Below are positions 36,897 to 47,176 of a DNA stretch of 64,000 nt, in pieces. The notes beneath the pieces were generated by a model that did no database searches, had not been told where the DNA came from, and saw nothing but the letters and a program-made list of their open reading frames with translations. Source of the DNA: Blepharisma stoltei ATCC 30299. Lineage: Eukaryota; Protista; Ciliophora. The stretch's first letter is position 1, and the number at the start of each line of letters is the position of its first letter. The stretch spans positions 310,001 through 374,000 of the forward strand of contig CBFDEM010000010.1 in the NCBI GenBank assembly GCA_965603825.1, in the 5' to 3' direction. Made by a program: the position numbers and the translations under genes.

Positions 36897-37505
36897 AGCT
36901 GAAGCCCTCTCAAACCATTGCACAATAGCATCAATTTTTCCAGGATATTCTTGTTCATATTCTTTCAAGTTTTTAACCTTATCATGAAATGGAGATTGAT
37001 GTGGAATTCCTAACATTTTTCAAGACGCAAATCTTCCGTGAACGCACATACAAAATCCCCCAATTATTCTATATCCCAAAGTATGTCCAATAGGCATGTA
37101 AGTATCTCCTAAATCAATAACCCCGATTGGTTGCCCATCACCAGTGTATTCACTGTATTTTATGTCTTGCTTTGTGGGATCATTTCAGGTTTGCGGTAAA
37201 AATGCATAGTTAAAGTTTGGAAATTGGCGGAAAAATTGGTTTTCTAGTTTTCCTGTTATAGGGTTTGTTACTTGAACCTGCTCAAGTGGGTTAAACTCAA
37301 GCTGAGGATTCATTTCGAAATGAGCAATATTATATCGAGATAAGGTGACTACTGCTGGAAAGAGATCTTTTTCATTATATGCAAGAAGATTGATATCGTG
37401 CCAGGGTGAGATGTTACCTTTCTTCTTATCTTTTATGTAAATTCTGTGTAACTTTCTGCCGTCCTTTTCGAAATGGATTAATCTATATAATCTTTTTGTA
37501 ATCAT
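36717..37505 (-). CDS. Family I inorganic pyrophosphatase-like protein, catalytic acidic residues missing
   Basis: ISPWHDI, NPLEQ, NYAFLPQT(W)NDP, GDGQPIGVIDLG, S(W)KMLGI, QWF; both TGA lie at conserved Trp positions (PQTW, DWK). Confidence 0.85.
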
Positions 37506-37573
37506 ATTTTTATTAATTTTAATGTCAAAATCTATTACAACCTCTTAATTAATAGTTTCCCTGATAAGCAAGG

Positions 37574-38059
37574 TTAAATAAGACTTTTCTTGTATATAAA
37601 GTTATTGCAGCTCGAGCAGTAATGGCTGCAATCTTGTAGCTCAGTGATGCAAAATGGTACTAAGCAGCATCCCCAGAAGCATCCCACACATACCAACCCT
37701 AAGCAGCTTAGATATGTGACTGCTCCTGGCTCATATTTTACAGAGGTCAAAATTTCCAGACGGCAATGAGGACAGAATGCTATTTGTGGCCGATTGGTCC
37801 AAAGAGTCTGAGGTTGAGCGTACATAATAGCTTGGCCAGGCTGAATTGGCTGATAAGGCTGGAATTGTTGATTTTGAGGTGAGGCTTGATATGGATAGCC
37901 TTGGGAAGGGTATGGATTTGCCGATGGAGGCATGCTGGCTTGTGGCATATTAGGGCTTTGGCTACCAGGTTGATTTCCATAAGGACTTGGAGGAGGACCG
38001 CTTTGAGGGATATTTGCATATGGATAAGAAGGACTTGCCATACTCTGTGGTTGTTGCAT
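37574..38059 (-). CDS. LITAF-domain protein
   Basis: P/Q/Y-rich N-terminus; CPHC...hydrophobic GCCLVPFC...HYCSSC. Confidence 0.92.
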   Translation of the reverse strand: MQQPQSMASPSYPYANIPQSGPPPSPYGNQPGSQSPNMPQASMPPSANPYPSQGYPYQASPQNQQFQPYQPIQPGQAIMYAQPQTLWTNRPQIAFCPHCRLEILTSVKYEPGAVTYLSCLGLVCVGCFWGCCLVPFCITELQDCSHYCSSCNNFIYKKSLI

Positions 38060-38357
38060 TTTTTATTTATAAAGGATAAGAATAATAGGCAATTTAATTA
38101 TTCATAGAAATAATTCTATGATTTGGTTTATTCAATAAAAAGAATCCATATAAGAATAATAATTTTTAGCAGAGAAGATGAAAAATAATTGTTTGAATTT
38201 TAATCCAGTTTCTAAAAGATCGTTAAATATAAGAATATCATATGTTCTATTTAAGTTTAAACTATTTAAAAAGCAACAAAAAATTTTAGAAGCTTAAATA
38301 TACTGATTGCAGTAGATTTTGTACTTCTATATATTCTAAAATACTGATAAAAAAATA

Positions 38358-38430
38358 TCCGCATTTGTCTAGCTGGTTAGGATATCAGGCCTTCACCCTG
38401 AAGACCCGGGTTCGAGTCCCGGATGCGGAA
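38358..38430 (+). tRNA. trnE: tRNA-Glu (anticodon TTC) with C33
   Basis: Acceptor TCCGCAT/ATGCGGA, D stem GTCT/GGAT, anticodon stem TCAGG/CCTGA with loop CCTTCAC, T arm CCGGG-TTCGAGT-CCCGG. Confidence 0.93.
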
Positions 38431-38431
38431 C

Positions 38432-38437
38432 TTTTTT
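38432..38437 (+). terminator. Pol III oligo-T terminator
   Basis: T6 run 2 nt after the tRNA discriminator base. Confidence 0.75.
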
Positions 38438-38766
38438 GCTGCATTTTTAAGTTTAACTGCCTAATTTATAATTAATCAAGATTAATGGCTTCATTTAAAC
38501 AGAAATTGATTTGTTCGAATATTGGTCTATCATAGATTTCTTTTAAAAAGATTAATGCAGTCAACTTATTTCAAATTCATAAGCATATTACTGTATATCA
38601 ATGGTTTATTAATAGAAAGTTTTCATTGGCAGCGCAAAATACTTTTAGTTTTATAATCCCTTTTAACAATTTATAATTTGCTTTTTATACAATTTTTATT
38701 TGCAATAAAACTAAAACTAAAAAGCAATATATATTGAAGGCAAAATAATAATTGTCAACATGTTAT

Positions 38767-39564
38767 TTAAACATTTTGAATTGATAAACTTTTCAGTTGC
38801 TTGATATGCTCTGGGTTGAGTTTCATTCCAGAAACATATTTTGCAATAGTATCTCTTGCATAGCTGAAAATTATATTAAATCTCTTTATGAAATACCCTA
38901 TAACAGCAGCTGGAGCAATAGTTTTACCTGTTGGGCATTGCACAAGTACATGCCCTCGTTTTAGTTGTATATCCAAAAATCTTTGTATTGCGTCCATTGC
39001 TTCAAGCAAATCTCTACCAACTTCAAGCCTTAAATAGCCTCGTCTTACTGAAGTATATTTCTCTGGTGATCCTTCAAGTCCTAAGGCAAGCACAGAATCA
39101 ATCATATAAGTCCTCAAAAGAGTTTCATCATTAGCAGCTTCTGTGTTTCCAATGTATATTTTATATACAAATTCATTGCCGCTTATATCATCTTTATTAG
39201 GGATTTCAAAAATAAGTTTCTCTGATCCGGCTGGTTCTAAATGCTCAATGATACATGACTGATTTCTTCCTGTGGGGTGTTTAGTAAATTTTTTATTTTT
39301 TATATTTTCTGCAAGTGTATTTGAACGCCTTGCTTTTCGTTTTACAGGACTTTGTGGAGAGTCTGAAGAATGGCGAGGCTCAAGCCCAGAAAAATGAGAA
39401 AAAGCACTTTTTTCTGATTCGGGAAGATGGCTTCAAACATCGACTAAAAGCTTTAGAGATGGTGTAAGAGTTGTGTTTGCTCGAGGCCGCCTTGGAATAT
39501 GCTCACGATAGTTCGCGACATTTGAAAATCGATTGTGATCTAGGTATGAAAAATCTGGATCCAT
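38767..39564 (-). CDS. Dual-specificity phosphatase-fold protein, probably inactive
   Basis: KIYIGNTEAANDETLL, HVLVQCPTGKTIAPAAVIGY, LNPEHIKQL; ATG 39564 in frame through one TGA. Confidence 0.78.
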
Positions 39565-39877
39565 TTTTGTATAATGACAACAATTTTTAACAAACTATTC
39601 CGCCATTACAGAAATAAAAATTTTGAGATTTAGCTTGTTTCAAATTTAGCTATTTCAGCATCAAAAGACAGCAATTCCAGCAACTTTTATATTATTTTCA
39701 ATCTCAGTAAGTATGATTTTTTCTTTTCTCAAAACATATCATATTCAAAAGACTTATTAATGATAAATTGGCTTTATGTAACCTTTAATGCTTTAAATTA
39801 TAAAGCCTAATTAAGATCTTATTAAATTCTGTTTGCTTAAAAGTAATGAAATGATATAATCCTTAACTATTTACAAT

Positions 39878-41968
39878 ATGGAGAGCGAAGATATTCAGCC
39901 TGCATCAGAAAATCCTTCTGAAGCCAAACAGCAAGAAAATTCTTCTCAGCAAGAAAATAAAATTGACCTTTTCACTGAATCTTTAAAAGGAAAACAAGTA
40001 ATTTTCATTGATGCCCTTCGAGATGCTTCAACATATTATGAACAGCCCAGTGATATCACACCTACTCTTACAGCTCGCCTAAATAAAGAAATTAAAGCTT
40101 TAACTCGTGGCCTTCCTTGTGATAAATCATATTCCGCCTTCATAGGCTTCGATTCCTCTGATATGGGAATTATGACTGCTGCAATATCAGGCTCAGAGGG
40201 CACTCCATATGCCCATGGCTTGTTTTTTTTGGATATTTATTGTGATTGTGCATATCCAGATTCTCCTCCTCAATTTACATTGATAACTACTGGAGGTGGA
40301 GAAGCCTATTTTGGCCCAAATCTGTATAGTAGTGGCTATGTCTGTTTATCAATTATAAATACCTGGTCAGGCGATCCAGAAGAAATGTGGAGCCGTGATA
40401 AAAATATTTTACAAGTAATTTTGTCGATACAAGCTTTAGTTATGGATAACGATATCATCCAGAAAGAGCCTGGCTGGGAAGGTACCGATACTGATGATCC
40501 AGATAATATTGCATATCAAAATGCTGTGAAATATTTAAATATAAGATGGGCAATGCTTGAAAATTTACGAAATCCACCTATGGGATTCGCAGAAATTATT
40601 GATCTTTATTTCAGGCATAAAAGAGATTATATTTTGAATGAAATCAATGGCTGGCTTATCAAAGCAAAAAATGAAGCAGATAATTACCAATCACAAGGGA
40701 TGGCAATGGTCGCAAACCCTAAAGTACTAGAAAGAATGCAAAAAGAAGGGACTTATAAGGTTTTATCCTCAATTGTAAATGAACTTGTTACAGAATTTGA
40801 GTCAAGATATGGGCCTTCAGATGTAAAACTTGACTTATATGAAGAAAATTCTGTAGCTACTGAATCATGTGTAGCTGGAATAGCTGAAGAGAAACAAGTT
40901 TTGGCTGTGGCTAAAGTGATTGAGCATTGTGAAGAAGAAATAGAGAATGCAGGAGAAAATCTAGAGCAATATTTTGAAGAAGAAAAATGGGAAGATCCAG
41001 ATCAGTTCTCAGAATATGATGAAGATGGTGTGATTATTCCCAATCTAGAAAATGTACCGAACCTGTTCAGGGAGCCTTCAGCTTCAGACCCAGAGGCACC
41101 TGATAGTACAAATTTGTATTTTCAACACCTTGGAAATTTAAGACTGCAGCTACTTGATATATCTGAAGGATTTTTCAATGATTTCGGCTATAATAGTTCT
41201 TCAATCGATGAATCTGGGCTTGCAAGAATTAATAAAGAAATTAAAGCTTTATCAAGAAGTTTGCCATGTGAGGCACAAGGATCTGTATTTGTAGCCATAA
41301 ATAGCTCAAATTTAAGTATGATAAAAGTATTGATTTCTGGGCCTGAAGACTCTCCATATGAGCATGGTTTATTTTTATTCGACATAAAACTGCCTCAGAA
41401 TTATCCAAATTCTCCTCCAGAAATGACAATTAAAACAACTGGAGATGGCAATTTAAGGTTCAACCCTAATCTCTATAACACTGGATTTGTGTGCCTATCA
41501 ATTATAAATACATGGGGCGGGAATCCTGAAGAAATGTGGAATCCAAGCTACAGTACTTTATTGCAAGTATTTTTGTCAATCCAAGCTCTGGTTATGAATA
41601 GTGATGTTTTACAAAAAGAACCAGGCTGTGAAGGGTTTTTAACTGATGACCAAGATAATATGGAATATCGAGCTATTGTTATGTATGGGAATATTAAACA
41701 TGCTATGATTGATATGATGAGAAATCCACCACAAGAGTTCAAAGAAATCGTGCTCAAACATTTTGCTATTAAAAAAGAAAAAATATTAGAAAGTGTGATA
41801 GCTTGGAAAGAAATGGCTGCAAAAGTGAGCGTGCCTTTTCAGAATTCTATAGTGCTGAGTCATAATTATAACACTGCTGAAGTTTTTAGAAATGAAGGAA
41901 TTTTAAATTGCTATGAAAGAGAAATAGAGGAACTGAAAAAAGAGCTGGATAAATTGCCAGGGATTTAG
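39878..41968 (+). CDS. Protein with two tandem BIRC6/UBE2Z-type E2 domains
   Basis: ISGSEGTPYAHGLF..FGPNLYSSGYVCLSIINTW and ISGPEDSPYEHGLF..FNPNLYNTGFVCLSIINTW, separated by an acidic linker. Confidence 0.92.
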   Translation: MESEDIQPASENPSEAKQQENSSQQENKIDLFTESLKGKQVIFIDALRDASTYYEQPSDITPTLTARLNKEIKALTRGLPCDKSYSAFIGFDSSDMGIMTAAISGSEGTPYAHGLFFLDIYCDCAYPDSPPQFTLITTGGGEAYFGPNLYSSGYVCLSIINTWSGDPEEMWSRDKNILQVILSIQALVMDNDIIQKEPGWEGTDTDDPDNIAYQNAVKYLNIRWAMLENLRNPPMGFAEIIDLYFRHKRDYILNEINGWLIKAKNEADNYQSQGMAMVANPKVLERMQKEGTYKVLSSIVNELVTEFESRYGPSDVKLDLYEENSVATESCVAGIAEEKQVLAVAKVIEHCEEEIENAGENLEQYFEEEKWEDPDQFSEYDEDGVIIPNLENVPNLFREPSASDPEAPDSTNLYFQHLGNLRLQLLDISEGFFNDFGYNSSSIDESGLARINKEIKALSRSLPCEAQGSVFVAINSSNLSMIKVLISGPEDSPYEHGLFLFDIKLPQNYPNSPPEMTIKTTGDGNLRFNPNLYNTGFVCLSIINTWGGNPEEMWNPSYSTLLQVFLSIQALVMNSDVLQKEPGCEGFLTDDQDNMEYRAIVMYGNIKHAMIDMMRNPPQEFKEIVLKHFAIKKEKILESVIAWKEMAAKVSVPFQNSIVLSHNYNTAEVFRNEGILNCYEREIEELKKELDKLPGI

Positions 41969-42114
41969 GAAGAAAAAATTAATAAGATAATAAAAAATAC
42001 TCTGCTAATATAACTGTTTTAACAGTTTAGTTCTCTGAAAATTTATGTACGTTGTAATAGAATTGTAAACACCTTTTATATGCTGATGCAAATTAATTTA
42101 AGACAGAGTATACA

Positions 42115-43587
42115 CTATTTAATTAAACTCAAAATTTTTCCTATATTTTGAACTTCGAAATATTGAGGATTATTCCCTAGGAATCGTAATCCTTTGATTG
42201 TCTTTTCATCTGACAATAGAATTGATAGCTCTCTTAATTTATCGTTAATAGAAAATTTCTCATCTATTTCAGTACTGATTTCCTGATTTTGCATTTTCCT
42301 TTCTTGATTTTCAGTTTCAATTGAACTCTGTACATTAGGAGATTCAATTTTCAAAAAATCCTCACATAGGCATCCAAAACTTGGCTGACGTGCCTGCTTG
42401 CATCCTAAACTTGCAATATGCTGAGGCTTAATTATTTTATTTTGTGCTTCAAATTCGCTGCTGCTAGGGCTTGTTGCGCTATTTTCTGAAAAATCAGGAT
42501 TCTCGATAATTTTTTGTGTTGGCTCTCTTGAGTCATGAGATTTAATTTTGTCCAAATCAAAGCAAACTTTTGAATATGGGCTGATAAATTTGCTCAAATT
42601 TGGAGATTGGGAAAGCTCTTTCTCAAGAATTTTATTTTTGATTTTAGATTCCATGATATTATTGGCTTCTTGGTTTGAAAGAGATCGAAATTTGGGGCTT
42701 GGAGTGTGAAGCCTTGGATCGTCAATTGATTTATTTGTTTTTCAGCTATTATTTAATCTTCCAGAAAGTATAGGCTCAAAAATTTTCGCATTTGATTTTC
42801 TATCCATTTCTCTAAGAAGATGCCTTTCAGTAAGGCATTTCTGGCTGCCAGAAGGAGAGGAAAACCTATGAAGCAAAGGACTATGAGATGATATTTTTTC
42901 ATAAGAGCAATTTGATAGATCTAGCTTTTCTTTCATTTTTTCGATGTCAATTAAATTTTTATCAATTTCTTTAAGCTTAGGAGACTGACTATTTCTTCGT
43001 TTTTTAATTTTCTTTTCATTAGTTCCTTTTATAGAGCCTTTAATATTTCTTGCTTTGATTTTAGAATCTCTTCTTTCAGATTTTGGCTGTTGATGAATTT
43101 TTGGTGATTTTGATACCAAATGACTATCATCAAGGTTCAGCTTCAGAAAATCTGTCTCATTATCAATTTTAGCATAATTTTGCATTTTATTTGCTGAGTA
43201 TATACATTTTTTAGTATGAGTATTTTGCTGATTTCCTTTCTTTTTCTCTTTAGATTGGTCTAATAAGTTTTCTTTCTGAGTAATAATAATTCTAATCGTC
43301 TTGCAGCTACACGAACTGCATTCCATTTCTATTCCTTCATATATATTCTTATCTATTTTACTGTCATCAAAATTCTTTTTTAATATAGATTTTGGTTTTG
43401 TTGAATAATTGTTTGAATTTCCATTGCTTTTTTCTGGCAAACTATTGGCTTTGTCATGCTTTTCTTTCAACAATGCTTCATACAGAATCTGTTTCTTTTT
43501 AGTGTGCTCAAATAATATTTCGATAATTTCTACTATATTGTTCGATTGAAACTCTAAAATGTTTGAGCTATTACAATCTTTAATCAT
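42115..43587 (-). CDS. Low-complexity K/S/N-rich hypothetical protein (490 aa)
   Basis: Two ORF-track pieces in frame through TGA 42742. Confidence 0.65.
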
Positions 43588-43764
43588 ATTTTTTTATACC
43601 GTTAAAAATATGAGATAATTATTAAAGCAAAACAGATTTATATGATTTTTACTTATGATTGACATCATTAGGTATTTTTATAAAATTAAAATCATTATAG
43701 CGTGTTGATTGCAACAATGAAATGCAATAAATAAAAAAAATTGTATATAAGGAGTTTATTTTGT

Positions 43765-44826
43765 TTAATCTAAACTAACGTTTGCCTCTTCAAGTTTTTT
43801 CTGAATATACATTGATTTTTCAGCCCCATCTCTATACCTGTGATACTCAAAATGCGGAAGCGTAACTACCTCCCATCCATTCTGATTTAACAGCCTATAT
43901 TTCATTAAAATCTGGCCGATGAGTTTGTATTTTTGAGTTTTTTCTCCTTTATCAGGAAAAAAATAATGCAATGGTCCATCAATATCAATAGCAGTTTTTG
44001 TCCCTTTCTTTAAAAAATCCACAATATAAGCATCTTCTATATTATAATTTTCATTGAATTTCATCATTTTTGCTAGTAAATATTTCACTTCTGTATGCAT
44101 TCTCCCTAGCCTTATTTTATCATTTAAATGTGCAGGAACTAAAGAAACGTCACTTTCTGGCTTTGACGAAGAAGGAATCATTGCATCATTAAGCGCATCT
44201 CCTAAAATTTTACCACTTCTCAGTTTGAGATCTAATAGCTCAGGGGCTTCTGTATTTATTGCATATCTGACATGTCTTACTTCCTGTGAAAGACCAACTG
44301 TAAGTGCAGAAAGATCTGGAGAAAAGTCTATTCAAAGCTTAGGATTATATTGTCTAAGGACACATAAAGAATAAGCAGTCGTGATGAAATCACTGCATGT
44401 CCAATCTGATTTATCTTTTACTTCAATTAGCTTTATGATAAAAGGGTTATGTCTATAAAGTGTTGCATATGAGTAAAGAAGCTTTATCAGATTGTCTTTA
44501 AATATTGTTTTGTACTTAAGCAAAAATTTTAGTTCAAAATTTTTTAGTTTGATTTCTGGGATTTGGAATCTGGAAATTGTGGACCAGTAGAGTATTGTAG
44601 ACAAGTCATTTAATTCGAAGTCTAAATGATCTATAGAGATCACAAAATTCTTTATGATGTCACTTTCTAAAACATAATTGATGTGATTTCCAGAGTCATT
44701 CATAAAATCATCAAGAGATTTGGTAAGAGTTTTCAAATCAGGGTTTGGTGATCGAAATGATGAAAGAATTTGTCTGCTTAGATCTACAGCAGCTTTGCTT
44801 ACTGGAAGCTGTGAAGCTAAAGACAT
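43765..44826 (-). CDS. RAP-domain (FASTK-like) organellar RNA-binding protein
   Basis: AIDIDGPLHY...MKYRLLNQNGWEVVTLPHFEY; joined through TGA 44332. Confidence 0.82.
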
Positions 44827-45063
44827 TTTATATTTGGAAAATGATTTTATTAAAATTGTGATTATGTATATATTACAAAGGACTGTATTTTTATTAAATT
44901 AAAAACTATTTTTTTTAAATATAAATTCATAATTATAGAAATAAGTTTTGCTTTAGCAATTGATACTTTCAACTATTTTTTCTATCAAAAGATTTGGAAA
45001 ATGGCGAATAATTCGTATGACCATGATATCGTTTGAAATGCTATGGAATATTATAAAAAAACA

Positions 45064-45345
45064 ATGGGCTGTTGCCATCCAACCTGTTTCAAAAACCAGA
45101 CCGAAGAAATCCAAGGTTTCAGTGTAGAGACTCAAGCTGAAGGAGAAGATGATTTAAATGACTTCAACGACATCAGTATTTTCACCTCAAAATCTGAACA
45201 GCCTGACTGCAATAAATCCGCATTGGCTTCTCCGACCGATTTTTCACTACCAAAAACTCACAAGATTTTCAAATCTTTTCGGTACCGTACTGATTACGAA
45301 AAAGCGTTCCTGTCTTTCCACCCTAATAATAACTTGCTAAAATAG
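45064..45345 (+). CDS. Small protein with MGCC N-terminus (possible dual acylation)
   Basis: ATG 45064 MGCCHPTC...TAG. Confidence 0.5.
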   Translation: MGCCHPTCFKNQTEEIQGFSVETQAEGEDDLNDFNDISIFTSKSEQPDCNKSALASPTDFSLPKTHKIFKSFRYRTDYEKAFLSFHPNNNLLK

Positions 45346-45350
45346 AATAA

Positions 45351-45692
45351 ATGGACTTTAAACAGCCTTATTTTAGAAAAGCTTACGAACTAACAAAATC
45401 CAAGCGAGAAGTCAATTTAAATGCAGAGCAGCTATCTAATACCTCGTTTGAGCTTGCTCCTTATTCATCAACAGATATTGATTTGAATGATAACAACAGA
45501 TGAATCTATGTAATTGGTGTTTTGGGATGCTTGATTGGAATTGTCATAATTTCAGTTGGAGTTTTAGAGCTTGTTAAGGACAGAAATAAAACAGGTATGG
45601 CGTATTATTGGTCATCAGGGGTCGTTTTCTTATCTGTTGGTATTGGATTCCTTTATAAAGGAATCAAAGCAAAATATGAGAGCTTAATATAA
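45351..45692 (+). CDS. Small two-TM membrane protein (113 aa)
   Basis: ATG 45351, one TGA, IYVIGVLGCLIGIVIISVGVL and YYWSSGVVFLSVGIGFLY, TAA 45690-45692. Confidence 0.65.
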
Positions 45693-45700
45693 TGCAAATT

Positions 45701-46882
45701 TTAATTATGTCTTAAATGAGTGAGGTCAAGGGAAATTGTAGAGAGGGTGTCTTCTTCGTTCAGGTGGCTTGTGATAGCTGAAATGTCATCGAGCCAGTTC
45801 ATGTCTGATGCTGGGATTTCTTTGTTTAGGTTTATAGTTCTAGTGACTTTTTTGACTGGCTTTTTTACTATTGTATTAGACTTCGGACGGGTAGCTGCTT
45901 CTTTTTTAGCCATAGCTGGGGTTTTTCTTATCGTTTGCTGATCAGAAAGACTTGGTTTTGCAATTTCTTTACTTTGAGCTGGGGTTGGGGTAGGGTTTAT
46001 ATACTTTTCTACGTTTTCTTCACTTTTTCTCTTCGTAACAGCCCTTGCTGGAAACACGAAAGTTTGCTTTATAACTTTGCACACAAAATCTGACTCAACC
46101 TCTCTTGAAAATTGTGAAAATAAATCAACTTTTTGTAACGGCGGAGTTTTCTTGCAAATATTTTTCCCTAAGCTTTCTCTCTGGTTGAAATTCTGTATAA
46201 ACGACAAATCATTTTCTTCCTCAGCTTTATTTAATTCATTTTTATATTTTTTAATAGACCTTATCATTTCTTTGTGCAGGTTTTTTCTTTCATTAATGTC
46301 GTTCATCAAGGAATCCGCAGTTTCTTTGATTCTTTGAACGATTTCTTTTTCTCGGCTGTCAATGGCTTCTCGTACAGCTTGATATAATCCTGAAAACTCT
46401 TCTATTAATTTATCATGTGTCGTATTGATGCTGCTTGTCCTTTTCTCTAACTCATCTTGCTCATCATTTAAATTTCCTTCAATTTGAGAAATCGATGCAT
46501 TTAAAATTTCCAGCTTTTCCCTTTGCTTAGCTGCTGCTTTATTTATCGTGGTCATTTCATGTGACTTGTGGCCATCTTCAAGAATGCAGCTGACACATAG
46601 GAGTTTTTTATCAGTATAACAAAAAGCTTCGATGTCTTTATTGTGCTTTGCACAAACATTTTGAGAGGTTTTCTGGGTCTGGATTTGCATCAGAGCCAGA
46701 TTGGTTGGAAAAGACAGAATTGTGGGTGCTGAAGATATGACGTTACACTGAGGACATGTAATTGCTTTATTTTCAAATAGTGACTTAAGGCAAAACTCGC
46801 AGAGTGTGTGGCCACATGAAGTTAGAATGCGAGGGATATGGACTTGGTTTTCAAATTCTATTGAACACTTAAAGCACTCCAT
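45701..46882 (-). CDS. RING + B-box + coiled-coil (TRIM-like) E3 ligase
   Basis: CFKC..CGHTLCEFC..CPQC; CAKH..FCYTDKKLLCVSC..HKSH; coiled coil. Confidence 0.92.
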   Translation of the reverse strand: MECFKCSIEFENQVHIPRILTSCGHTLCEFCLKSLFENKAITCPQCNVISSAPTILSFPTNLALMQIQTQKTSQNVCAKHNKDIEAFCYTDKKLLCVSCILEDGHKSHEMTTINKAAAKQREKLEILNASISQIEGNLNDEQDELEKRTSSINTTHDKLIEEFSGLYQAVREAIDSREKEIVQRIKETADSLMNDINERKNLHKEMIRSIKKYKNELNKAEEENDLSFIQNFNQRESLGKNICKKTPPLQKVDLFSQFSREVESDFVCKVIKQTFVFPARAVTKRKSEENVEKYINPTPTPAQSKEIAKPSLSDQQTIRKTPAMAKKEAATRPKSNTIVKKPVKKVTRTINLNKEIPASDMNWLDDISAITSHLNEEDTLSTISLDLTHLRHN

Positions 46883-47176
46883 ATTTTAGTTTAATAGAAG
46901 ATGTTCTGTTGAAATTTCATTTTACGAAAGAGGGAAATTTTAAGGCTTGCAAAATATTGCTGGATAAGAAAATAACTATTTAAATCTTTTTAAGTAATAT
47001 ATATTTCGAGCTATTATATCGTGAACTTAGGCCAATAAGTTTGATTATAAAGAAAAGGATAAGCTCAATTAGCCCTAAATAAATAAGATCAACAGATGTC
47101 ATTACGATGATTTAGTATATGTTTTAGATATTGAGGAAGGAATAGAAAAAGCTATCATATAATAATCTGTTATTGA

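Noticed and set aside
38390-38396. Reading the tRNA as a UCA-anticodon (UGA-decoding) tRNA
   Set aside because: The 5-bp stem centres TTC; TCA is off-centre and would leave a pyrimidine at position 37; the body is Glu-like
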